A model generated the notes under the pieces. That model did no database searches, was not told the origin of the DNA, and was given only the letters and a program-made list of their open reading frames with translations. The position numbers and the translations under genes were made by a program. Below, one piece after another: positions 8,411-16,674 of a stretch of DNA of 64,000 nucleotides (the first letter of the stretch is position 1; each line of letters opens with the position of its first letter). The stretch comes from Dehalococcoidia bacterium (GTDB lineage: Bacteria; Chloroflexota; Dehalococcoidia; Lucifugimonadales; Australimonadaceae): the NCBI GenBank assembly GCA_022820645.1, contig JAJEFD010000002.1:327796-391795 (forward strand), read 5' to 3'.

Positions 8411-8538
8411 GGTTCACCCTCACCGCGCGCTAAAGCGCGTTCCTCTCCCCTCAAGGGAGAGGTGGACTGGATTCCCGCCTCCGCGGGAATGACGGGAGGG
8501 CGCGGGAACGACGGAGGGGCGCGGGAGTGACGGAAGAA
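8411..8538 (+). repeat. Composite REP-like element (modules D-H1-H2-H3) followed by 3 tandem 19-nt units
   Basis: GGTTCACCCTCACC, then hairpins CGCGCT/AGCGCG, CCTCTCCC/GGGAGAGG and ATTCCCGC/GCGGGAAT. Then CGCGGGAATGACGGGAGGG, CGCGGGAACGACGGAGGGG and CGCGGGAGTGACGGAAGAA. Confidence 0.85.
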
Positions 8539-8548
8539 GGAGGTCGAC

Positions 8549-9058
8549 GTGGACTTCGGCATCCAGATACGAGAGATCAAACCGCAGAAGATAGCGGCGG
8601 TACGGGCGAAGACCACCATCAACAAGGTGACGCCCAAGGTCGTCCAGCTGCTCCAGGAGACGGCGGACTACCTGGAATCGGTCGGCGTGCAGCCTACCGG
8701 CCCCGGCTTCGGCGTCTACTACGAGGTCGGCGCGTTCCTCGTGGACGTGGAGGTGGGTTACCCGGTGGACGTGGAGGTGGAGGGCAACGGGCGCGTGCAG
8801 CCGAACTCGCTCCCCGGCGGGAAGTTTGCCGTCGCCCAGTACAAGGGCCCTCACGAGCAGATAGCGGATGCACACCGCGCCGTCCACACGTGGATGCACG
8901 TCAACGACGTGAAGTCCACCGGCGAGCCCGCCCGCGAGGTCTACGTGACCGACCTCCGGGAGGTCGGCGAGGGCGAGGAGTGCGAGGCAGAGTCCGTCTG
9001 GCCCATCATCCACGAGACGCGCGCCGAACGGCGGCGTCAGCAGCGCGCGAAGGCGTAG
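8549..9058 (+). CDS. GyrI-like small-molecule-binding domain protein
   Basis: AAGGAGG RBS and GTG start. Shows the typical layout (IREIKPQKIAAVR..., GPGFGVYYE, GGKFAVAQYKGPHEQI, EVYVTD). Confidence 0.65.
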   Translation: MDFGIQIREIKPQKIAAVRAKTTINKVTPKVVQLLQETADYLESVGVQPTGPGFGVYYEVGAFLVDVEVGYPVDVEVEGNGRVQPNSLPGGKFAVAQYKGPHEQIADAHRAVHTWMHVNDVKSTGEPAREVYVTDLREVGEGEECEAESVWPIIHETRAERRRQQRAKA

Positions 9059-9111
9059 GACCGAACATGGATGGACAGGATGCACAGGATCCGTGCGCTG
9101 CCCGCGCACCC

Positions 9112-9138
9112 TGGATTCCAGCCGGTGCTGGAATGACG
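9112..9138 (+). repeat. H3-variant hairpin (ATTCCAGC/GCTGGAAT) of the REP-like family
   Basis: TGGATTCCAGCCGGTGCTGGAATGACG. Same flanks as the ATTCCCGC/GCGGGAAT copies, with a compensatory stem change. Confidence 0.75.
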
Positions 9139-9154
9139 AAGGAATAGGAACGCG

Positions 9155-10507
9155 ATGCAGCAAGCGATCACCGACCACGTAGACGGGCACCTCGACGAGA
9201 CCATCGAAGGATTGAAGCGGCTCACGCGGCAACCGAGCATCAGCGCGCAGCGGCTCGGCGTCCTGGAGTGCGGCGAGATGGTGGTGGAGATGCTGCGCGA
9301 CGCCGGTTTCGACGCCGGCCTCGTCCCAACCGCCGACCCCGGCTATCCAGGCATCATCGCGGAGATGAAGGGCGCGTCCGACAGGTCGCTGCTCTTCTAC
9401 AACCACTACGACGTGCAGCCGCCGGACCCGCTCGACGAGTGGGAGACGCCTCCATTCGAGCCGACCGAGCGCGACGGCTACCTGTACGGTCGCGGCATCT
9501 CCGACGACAAGGGGCCCATCGCGGCACGGCTCGCCGCCGTCAAGGCAGTGCGCGACACGATGGGCGAGCTGCCCATCACGATCCGCTGGTGCCTGGAAGG
9601 CGCGGAGGAGATCGGCAGCCCCGGCTTCCACGACTTCGTGGAGCAGAACGCGGAGCGCATCAAGTCGGACGTCTGCATATGGGAAGGCGGCGGCGTGAAC
9701 TGGGACGGGCGTCCGATGGTCATGCTGGGAGTGAAGGGACTGCTCTACGTCGAGCTGGAGTGCCGCTCCGCCAAGACGGACTCCCACTCGTCATACGCGC
9801 CCGTCGTGCCGAACCCGGCCTGGCGGCTCATCTGGGCGCTCAACACGCTCAAGGACGAGAGCGAGCGCATCGCCATCCCCGGCTTCTACGACCGCATACG
9901 GCCAGCGCTGGAGAACGAGACGAAAGCGATAGCCGCCCTGCCCGACACGTCTCGCGAGTTCCTGCACGACCTCGGCGTCGAGATGGCGGTCGGCGAAGCG
10001 TCGGGCTACGAGTTCCGCCGCCGCCTCATCATGGAGCCGACAGCCAACATCGCAGGGTTCGGCGCGGGCTACACCGGCCAGGGCGCGAAGACCATCCTGC
10101 CCGCCGTCGCGCGGGCCAAGCTCGACTTCCGCCTCGTCCCGAACCAGGACCCGCAGGAGATCCTGCAGAGCCTCCGTGAACACCTGGACCGGAACGGGTT
10201 CAGCGACGTCACGATATCGAGCCTCACGTCCGAGCACCCGGCGCGCACGTCGATAGAGGACCCGTTCGTGCGGCAGGTTGCGGACTCGGCCCGGCGCGTC
10301 TACGAAAGCGAGCCGTACATCGTGCCCAGCATGACCGGCACGGGGCCGCAGCATCCGGTGCAGCACATCCTCGGCGTCCCCGTGGCCTCGTGCGGCATCG
10401 ACTACCCCGGCAACCGCATCCACGCGCCGAACGAGAACATCCGGCTCGACTACTTCCGCCTGGGCGTGCTCCACACCGCGGAGCTCATCACGGAACTCGG
10501 CGCGTAG
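9155..10507 (+). CDS. M20-family metallopeptidase / dipeptidase
   Basis: YNHYDVQPPDPLDEWETPPFEPT...YGRGISDDKGP and EGAEEIGS motifs. Confidence 0.8.
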   Translation: MQQAITDHVDGHLDETIEGLKRLTRQPSISAQRLGVLECGEMVVEMLRDAGFDAGLVPTADPGYPGIIAEMKGASDRSLLFYNHYDVQPPDPLDEWETPPFEPTERDGYLYGRGISDDKGPIAARLAAVKAVRDTMGELPITIRWCLEGAEEIGSPGFHDFVEQNAERIKSDVCIWEGGGVNWDGRPMVMLGVKGLLYVELECRSAKTDSHSSYAPVVPNPAWRLIWALNTLKDESERIAIPGFYDRIRPALENETKAIAALPDTSREFLHDLGVEMAVGEASGYEFRRRLIMEPTANIAGFGAGYTGQGAKTILPAVARAKLDFRLVPNQDPQEILQSLREHLDRNGFSDVTISSLTSEHPARTSIEDPFVRQVADSARRVYESEPYIVPSMTGTGPQHPVQHILGVPVASCGIDYPGNRIHAPNENIRLDYFRLGVLHTAELITELGA

Positions 10508-10551
10508 CGGGGGAGCCTTGCGCAATCGGACCACTCCACTCCACCCACGCA

Positions 10552-10632
10552 GGGCCCTCACCCGCGCATCTCGATGCGCGCCCTCTCCCTCAGGAGAGGG
10601 GACTGGATTCCCGCCTGCGCGGGAATGACGGG
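10552..10632 (+). repeat. Composite REP-like element (D-H1-H2-H3), second full copy
   Basis: GGGCCCTCACCC, then hairpins GCGCATC/GATGCGC, CCCTCTCC/GGAGAGGG and ATTCCCGC/GCGGGAAT, then GACGG. Confidence 0.85.
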
Positions 10633-10640
10633 ACCATACG

Positions 10641-11678
10641 ATGGTGACGAACGCCGAGCAGCAGATAGCCGGGCTGGGAAGGCGCTTCCTGCCGGACGTG
10701 GAGCGCAGCCTCCGTGAGGCGGTGGAGGCGGGCGGCGAGCTCGCCCCCATGCTGCGCTACCACATGGGCTGGGAGAACCTCGAGGGGACACCCACGCGCG
10801 GGGGCGGCAAGGCGCTGCGCCCCATCCTCTGCCTCGCGGCGTGCGAGATGTCGGGAGGCGACTGGCGCGACGCGCTTCCCGCCGCCGCCGCGCTGGAACT
10901 CATCCACAACTTCTCGCTCGTCCACGACGACATCCAGGACGGCGACGAGACCCGCCGTGGAACGCCAACCCTGTGGCGCCTCTGGGGAGTGCCGACGGCA
11001 CTCACTGCCGGCAACGCCATGCGCGTCATCGCAGACCACACCGCAGGAGCGCTCACCGCAGGGGGCACAACGCCGGACGTCGCACAGGGCACCATCGCCG
11101 AGCTGACGAAGAGGTACCTGGAGATGATCGAGGGACAGTACCTCGACCTCTCCTTCGAGGCCGCCGAGAGCGTCTCCGTCGCCGACTACCTGGACATGAT
11201 CGGGCGCAAGACCGGCGCGCTGCTGGAGAGCGCGATGCACATGGGCGCGCTCGTCGCAACCGGCGACCTCGCCACGGCGCGGGGGTTCGGCGAATGCGGG
11301 ATGCGGCTCGGCCTCGCCTTCCAGGTGCGGGACGACTGGCTCGGCGTCTGGGGCAACCCGGCGTTCACCGGCAAGGCGGTGGGGGCCGACATCCGCAGGA
11401 AGAAGAAGTCGCTCCCGGCGGTCTACCTGTTCGACAACGCCTCGGAAGAGGAGCGTCCTTGGCTGGAGGAGACGTACCGGGCCGAGGAGATCGAGGGCGA
11501 ACGGCTCGACGGCGTGATGGCGATGCTCGAGCGCTTGGGGGGCGATGCGTACGTGCAGCGCATCGCGGAGGAGCAGGCCCGGCAGGCGGTCGCCGCTGTG
11601 GACGCCCTCGCCATACCGGAGGAGTCGAAGCAACTGCTCCGTGCGGTTGCGGAGTTCTTCGCCACACGGGACATGTAG
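10641..11678 (+). CDS. Polyprenyl diphosphate synthase (FPP/GGPP synthase type)
   Basis: First and second Asp-rich motifs LVHDDIQDGDETRRG and FQVRDDWLG. Confidence 0.85.
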   Translation: MVTNAEQQIAGLGRRFLPDVERSLREAVEAGGELAPMLRYHMGWENLEGTPTRGGGKALRPILCLAACEMSGGDWRDALPAAAALELIHNFSLVHDDIQDGDETRRGTPTLWRLWGVPTALTAGNAMRVIADHTAGALTAGGTTPDVAQGTIAELTKRYLEMIEGQYLDLSFEAAESVSVADYLDMIGRKTGALLESAMHMGALVATGDLATARGFGECGMRLGLAFQVRDDWLGVWGNPAFTGKAVGADIRRKKKSLPAVYLFDNASEEERPWLEETYRAEEIEGERLDGVMAMLERLGGDAYVQRIAEEQARQAVAAVDALAIPEESKQLLRAVAEFFATRDM

Positions 11679-11810
11679 CACGAGAGGAAAACGCATGAGC
11701 ATCGACCTCGGAGAACTGAACTGGTCGGCGGCGCGATACTCGGGGCGTGGCAATAGGGGTAAGGACGCCCGCGCCGTTGTCTCAATATCACTGACGGGGC
11801 CGCTAAGGCA

Positions 11811-11840
11811 TTGACTCGGAAACACTCTCGGTGCTACGTT
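11811..11840 (+). promoter_or_regulatory. Candidate promoter TTGACT-N18-TACGTT with TG at -15/-14
   Basis: Lies in the 226-nt repeat-free spacer upstream of yjbQ-hpnCDE. Confidence 0.3.
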
Positions 11841-11904
11841 GCTAAGAGCCGTATCAACTCCGGCCTTCTCAGTCGCAGAATGGCCGTACCCCGAGGATGA
11901 GGGC

Positions 11905-12351
11905 ATGACGAGCACCACCGTAACCCGCATAAGCATCGAGACTGGCTCCGCCCCCGAGTTCTACGACATCACCGAGCACGTCCGATGGGCGCTCGCCGAC
12001 TCCCGCGTACGCGACGGGCTGCTGTGCGTCTTCACCGCCCACACCACCGCCTCTATCGTCATCAACGAGCACGAGCCCCTGCTGATCGAGGACATGAAGC
12101 GGTTCCTGCGCAACATCGCGCCGGAAGACGCCTACTACGCCCACAACGACTTCGCGGTGCGCACGGTCAACATGACGCCCGACGAGGTGCCGAACGGCCA
12201 CGCGCACTGCGCGCACCTGCTCCTCCCGTCCAGCGAGACCATCCCCATCATCGACGGCGAGCTCGCGCTGGGCACATGGCAGAGCGTGTTCCTGGTCGAA
12301 CTCGACCATCCCCGGACGCGAGAGGTAGTCATCAGCGTCTACGGAAGCTGA
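11905..12351 (+). CDS. YjbQ/UPF0047 family protein (secondary thiamine-phosphate synthase-like)
   Basis: HTTASIVINEHEP..., NGHAHCAHLLLPSSETIPI and GTWQSVFLVELD motifs. ATG at 11905 preferred over the ORF start at 11839. Confidence 0.8.
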   Translation: MTSTTVTRISIETGSAPEFYDITEHVRWALADSRVRDGLLCVFTAHTTASIVINEHEPLLIEDMKRFLRNIAPEDAYYAHNDFAVRTVNMTPDEVPNGHAHCAHLLLPSSETIPIIDGELALGTWQSVFLVELDHPRTREVVISVYGS

Positions 12352-12359
12352 GGCCCCGC

Positions 12360-13244
12360 ATGGCGCTGTTCCATGCCACAGCCCAACCCCCTTCCCTCGC
12401 CGAGTCCTACGCCTACTGCGCCGACCTCGCGCGCTCGCACTACGAGAACTTCACCGTCATCTCGCGGTTCACGCCCCGGCAGCACCGGCCCGCGCTCGAA
12501 GCCGTCTACGCCTTCTGCCGTCATACCGACGACCTCGGCGACGAGGCGGAGGGCGACCGGCTCGCGCTGCTGGACGAGTGGGAGGCGGAGCTTACGCGCG
12601 CCTACACTAGTAAGCCGACGCACCCCATCATGGTCGCGCTGCAGGACACCATCCGTCGCGCGCAGATACCGGAAGAGCCGTTCCACAAGCTGATCGAGGC
12701 GAACCGGATGGACCAGGGGTCGGGGCGCTTCGAGACGTACGCCGACGTGCTCCACTACTGCGACCACTCCGCCAACCCGGTGGGGCGCATGGTGCTGCAC
12801 GTGCTCGGCGAGGCGACCGATGAGAACGTGCGGCTCTCCGACGCAACGTGCACCGCGCTCCAACTCGCCAACTTCTGGCAGGACGTGGCGCGCGACTACG
12901 CGATGGGGCGCATCTACATCCCGCTGGAGGACATACAAGCTTTCGGCTGCACGGAGGAGCAGATCGCGAACGGGGTCGCGGACAAGGCGTTTCGCGACCT
13001 GATGCGGTGCGAGGTCGACCGCGCGCAGGCGTTGTTCGAGGAGGGGCTGCCACTGGCGTCGCGCCTCAGCGGACGGGCCCGATTGGCTATCGCGCTTTTC
13101 AGTAAAGGCGGCATGCGGGTGCTGGACGCCATCCGCAAGCAGGACTACGACGTGCTGAGCGAGCGTCCGGTGGTAACGCGCTACCGGAAACTGTGGCTCA
13201 TCTTCTCGACAGCAGTCCGGCTGACCGCGCTGCGCCGCCCATGA
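12360..13244 (+). CDS. hpnC: Squalene/phytoene synthase family, HpnC-like (hydroxysqualene synthase)
   Basis: SHYENFTVISRF and YAFCRHTDDLGDE motifs plus a second Asp-rich region. First of two tandem SQS/PSY paralogues, followed by an amine oxidase. Confidence 0.75.
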   Translation: MALFHATAQPPSLAESYAYCADLARSHYENFTVISRFTPRQHRPALEAVYAFCRHTDDLGDEAEGDRLALLDEWEAELTRAYTSKPTHPIMVALQDTIRRAQIPEEPFHKLIEANRMDQGSGRFETYADVLHYCDHSANPVGRMVLHVLGEATDENVRLSDATCTALQLANFWQDVARDYAMGRIYIPLEDIQAFGCTEEQIANGVADKAFRDLMRCEVDRAQALFEEGLPLASRLSGRARLAIALFSKGGMRVLDAIRKQDYDVLSERPVVTRYRKLWLIFSTAVRLTALRRP

Positions 13245-14131
13245 CGACCTCGACGGACAACTCCGCGCTGGACGCCGCCTACGAGGAGTGCCAGGCGGTC
13301 ACCAAGCGGGAGGCGCGCAACTTCTACTACGCGTTCCTCACCCTGCCCCACCCGCGCAGGCGCGCCATCTACGCCGCCTACGCGTTCAGCCGTCTCGCCG
13401 ACGACATCGCCGACGGCGACGGCGCCCCATCGCAGAAGCGGAGCGAACTCGCAGCGCTGCGGGAGCACCTGCGCGACGCTTACACCGGACGCCCGGAGGG
13501 CGCCATACTCACGGCGCTGGTGGACGCCGCCGCCACGTACGACATCCCGGAATCGCTCTTCCAGGACATCATCACGGGCGTTGAGATGGACCTGGAGCCG
13601 AGGCGGTTCGCGGACTTCGACGAACTGCGGCACTACTGCTACCACGTCGCCTCGGTTGTGGGGCTCGTCTCCATCCGCATCTTCGGCTACCGGGACGTGC
13701 CACTCGCGCAGGAGACCGCGGTGGACTTCGGTCTGGCGATGCAACTGACGAACATCCTCCGCGACCTGCGGGAGGACATCGAGCGCGACCGCGTCTACCT
13801 GCCCCTCAACGAGATGGCGCGCTTCGGCTACACGGAGGACGACCTGCGCGACGGCGTCGTCCACGAGCGGTTCCGCGCGATGATGCGCTTCCAGGCCAAC
13901 CGCGCCCAACGCTACTTCGACTCGGCCTCGCGGCTGATGCCGCTCCTCGAACCGGAGTCGCGCGGCTGTGCGGAAGGGCTGCACCACCTCTACAATCGCC
14001 TCCTGAACAGGATGGCCTCGCGCGGCTGGGACGTCTTCTCGAAGCGCGTGAGCCTCTCGTCCTGGGAGAAGCTCAACCTGACATGCAGACTGTGGACAAC
14101 GGCCCGGCTCCGCAGCGTCCTGAAGCGCTGA
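13241..14131 (+). CDS. hpnD: Squalene/phytoene synthase family, HpnD-like (presqualene diphosphate synthase)
   Basis: ATGA start/stop overlap with hpnC. REARNFYYAFLTLP, YAFSRLADDIAD and NILRDLRED motifs. Confidence 0.75.
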   Translation: MTTSTDNSALDAAYEECQAVTKREARNFYYAFLTLPHPRRRAIYAAYAFSRLADDIADGDGAPSQKRSELAALREHLRDAYTGRPEGAILTALVDAAATYDIPESLFQDIITGVEMDLEPRRFADFDELRHYCYHVASVVGLVSIRIFGYRDVPLAQETAVDFGLAMQLTNILRDLREDIERDRVYLPLNEMARFGYTEDDLRDGVVHERFRAMMRFQANRAQRYFDSASRLMPLLEPESRGCAEGLHHLYNRLLNRMASRGWDVFSKRVSLSSWEKLNLTCRLWTTARLRSVLKR

Positions 14132-15492
14132 CCTCCGTCGCGGTGCTCGGGGGCGGGCTGGCGGGCATGGCCGCGGCGTGGCGGCTGGTGAACGCGGGCT
14201 ACCGCGTGTCGCTCGTGGAGCGCAGACCGTACCTCGGCGGGAGGGCGTACTCGTTCATCGACCGCGAGACCGGCCAGGAGATCGACAACGGGCAGCACGT
14301 CTTCCTGGGCTGCTGCGACGCCTACCGCACGTTCCTCGACGAGATCGGCTCGCTCGAACTGACGAGCCGCCAGAAGCGGTTGCACGTCGAGGTCCGCGCG
14401 CCCAACGGCAAGCGCGGCATCCTCTCCGGCCTGCCCCTGCCCGCGCCGTTCCACCTGCTACCGTCGCTGCTGCGCTATCCGCATATCAGCGTCGGCGAGC
14501 GGCTCCGGGCGATACCCGCGCTGCTGCTGATGTGGCTCGAGCGCAAGCGGGAGCGCTCCGCGCTCCGGCGGGAGTCGTTCCACCAGTGGCTGCGTTCGCA
14601 CTGGCAGTCGGAGCGGGCCATCGACGCGTTCTGGGACCTGCTCATCATCCCGGCGCTGAACGACTCGGCGGAGGACGTCTCCGCCAGCGCCGGGTTCATG
14701 CTCTTCCAGGAGGCGCTGCTGCGGGACCGCAACGGCGGCAACATCGGCTTCGCCCGGGCGGGGCTCTCCGCCATCATGGGCGACGCCGTTCGGGAGCGGC
14801 TCACCGAAACGGGCGCAGACGTGCTGCTCGACAGGACAGCGGATGCGATCATCGTGGAGGACGGGCGCGTTACCGGCGTGCGCTTCACGGACGGCGAGAC
14901 GCTGCCCGTGGACGCCTGCGTGAGCGCACTGACGCCGGACGTGCTGCTCCGTCTGCTGCCAGAGGAGGTGCGCGAGCACACCGCTCTCGCGCCCGCCGCG
15001 ACGCATACGTGGTCGCCCATCGTCAACCTGCACGTCTGGTACGACCGGCAGATCGCGGACTTCGACTTCCTCGCGTTCGTGGACAGCCCCGTCCAGTGGG
15101 TGTTCAACCGCACAGAGATCGCGGGGCTGGAAGGGCCGGGGCAATACATCACCGTCTCGCTGTCGGGTGCGTGGGAGTTCTGGCCGATGACCAAGGAGGC
15201 GCTCCGCGAGACGTTCATCCCGGAGCTGGCGAGGCTCTTCCCCGGCGCGCAGGACGCGGAGATCACGCGGTTCGTCATCGTGAAGGAGCAGCGGGCGACA
15301 TTCCGCTCGCTCCCGGACGGGCCGGACAACCGCCTGCCGTCCACCACGCCCCTGCCCAACCTCTTCCTTGCGGGCGACTGGACGGACACCGGCTGGCCTG
15401 CAACGATGGAGAGCGCGGTGCGCAGCGGCAACATCGCCGCGGAGGCTGTGAGGAGAAATGCTGACGTACGCGATAGCAGCATGTCATGCTGA
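14083..15492 (+). CDS. hpnE: FAD-dependent amine oxidase, HpnE-like (hydroxysqualene dehydroxylase)
   Basis: VAVLGGGLAGMAAAWRL dinucleotide fold. Position directly after hpnC/hpnD. The start at 14083 overlaps hpnD by 49 nt, and no better in-frame start was seen. The last three codons and the stop lie in a repeat module. Confidence 0.7.
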   Translation: MQTVDNGPAPQRPEALTSVAVLGGGLAGMAAAWRLVNAGYRVSLVERRPYLGGRAYSFIDRETGQEIDNGQHVFLGCCDAYRTFLDEIGSLELTSRQKRLHVEVRAPNGKRGILSGLPLPAPFHLLPSLLRYPHISVGERLRAIPALLLMWLERKRERSALRRESFHQWLRSHWQSERAIDAFWDLLIIPALNDSAEDVSASAGFMLFQEALLRDRNGGNIGFARAGLSAIMGDAVRERLTETGADVLLDRTADAIIVEDGRVTGVRFTDGETLPVDACVSALTPDVLLRLLPEEVREHTALAPAATHTWSPIVNLHVWYDRQIADFDFLAFVDSPVQWVFNRTEIAGLEGPGQYITVSLSGAWEFWPMTKEALRETFIPELARLFPGAQDAEITRFVIVKEQRATFRSLPDGPDNRLPSTTPLPNLFLAGDWTDTGWPATMESAVRSGNIAAEAVRRNADVRDSSMSC

Positions 15493-15680
15493 GCGAAGCC
15501 GAAGGCGGAGCCTGAGACACAGCCGAAGCATCTCTCAGGGGAACGTTGGCAAACAGCCGTACGCCGCCCCGAGAGATTCCTCGACTCCGCTGCGCTCCGC
15601 TCGGAATGACAAAGCACCCGCACCCGCACCGCCGGTTCACCCTCACCCTAACCCTCTCCCCTCAAGGGAGAGGGGACCGG
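15480..15680 (+). repeat. Cluster of REP-like modules (E, C, D-H2)
   Basis: Module E is ATGTCATGCTGAGCG...GAAGCATCTCTC (also at 21516..21553, reversed). Module C is at 15571..15611. GGTTCACCCTCACCC plus the CCTCTCCC/GGGAGAGG hairpin follow. Confidence 0.8.
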
Positions 15681-15687
15681 ACGCCCG

Positions 15688-16674
15688 ATGAACACGCTCG
15701 TGCTGGCGCCGTTCTCCGACGAGGGGCTCGCGCGGTTGGCCGCGCTTGGCCGCGTGGCGTACGAGCCGTGGACGGAGACGCGCATGCTCTGGGACCCGGA
15801 GGAGCTGGGCGGGCGGCTGACGCAAGAGGGATTCGACGCGCTTGCTGTCGAGGCCGACTTCCTGTTCGAGGAGCTGTTCGACGCAGCGACCGGACTGCGG
15901 ATAGCCGCCATCTGCCGGGGCGACCTCCACCACGCCGACCTCGACGCCGCGACCGAGCGCGGCATCGCCATCGTGCGCACCCCCGCACGGAACGCGCAGG
16001 CTGTCGCCGAGTTCGCGGTCGCGCAGATGCTGGCGCTCGCGCGTCACACGAACGCGGGAGAACAGTACGTGCGCGAGGGCCGGTGGGAGGACCCCACCGA
16101 CCCCTACGTACGCTTCCGGGGGCGCGAGCTGGCCGGGGCGACGCTGGGGATCGTCGGCTATGGCGCGATAGGGCGTGCCGTGGCGCGGATCGCCGCCGGG
16201 TTCGGTATGCGCGTCCTCGCGTACGACCCCTACGTGCATGAGGCCGAGGGCGTGGAGATGACCGGCCTCGACGCGCTGCTCGCGGCGTCGGACTTCGTGT
16301 CGATGCACGTGCCGGACACACCCGAGACGATGGGCATGCTGGATGAGGCCCGCATAGCGGCGATGAAGCCCGGCGCGTACCTCGTGAACGTCACCAACTC
16401 GTCCGTGGCGGACCGTGCGGCGCTTGCGACGGCGCTCGCCGAGAGCAGGCTCGCCGGGGCCGCGCTCGACGTGCACGAAGCGCACCCCATCCCGCCGGAC
16501 TCGCCGTTCCTAGGCCTGCCGAACGTGCTGCTCACGCCCCACATCGGCGGCGCGACGCGGGAGACGATCGAGCGGCACTCGGCGATGGTGGCCGAGGACT
16601 TCGAGCGTTTCGCGCGCGGCGAGCAGCCGCTGCGGCTCGTCAACCCGGACGTGTGGGAGCAACGGAAGGGTTAG
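15688..16674 (+). CDS. D-isomer-specific 2-hydroxyacid dehydrogenase family
   Basis: GIVGYGAIGRAVARIAAGFGMRVLAYDP NAD fold, plus LLTPHIGGAT. Confidence 0.8.
   Translation: MNTLVLAPFSDEGLARLAALGRVAYEPWTETRMLWDPEELGGRLTQEGFDALAVEADFLFEELFDAATGLRIAAICRGDLHHADLDAATERGIAIVRTPARNAQAVAEFAVAQMLALARHTNAGEQYVREGRWEDPTDPYVRFRGRELAGATLGIVGYGAIGRAVARIAAGFGMRVLAYDPYVHEAEGVEMTGLDALLAASDFVSMHVPDTPETMGMLDEARIAAMKPGAYLVNVTNSSVADRAALATALAESRLAGAALDVHEAHPIPPDSPFLGLPNVLLTPHIGGATRETIERHSAMVAEDFERFARGEQPLRLVNPDVWEQRKG

Noticed and set aside
11695-11814. 39-codon ORF (MSIDLGELNW...) with a GAGAGGA upstream, directly after the polyprenyl synthase gene
   Set aside because: It is too short, has no recognisable features, and its composition is compatible with chance. 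It is kept only as a note.
11679-11904. TPP riboswitch upstream of the YjbQ (thiamine-related family) gene
   Set aside because: The conserved CTGAGA core and the pyrimidine-sensor helix pattern are absent. Only generic GC-rich pairings were found.
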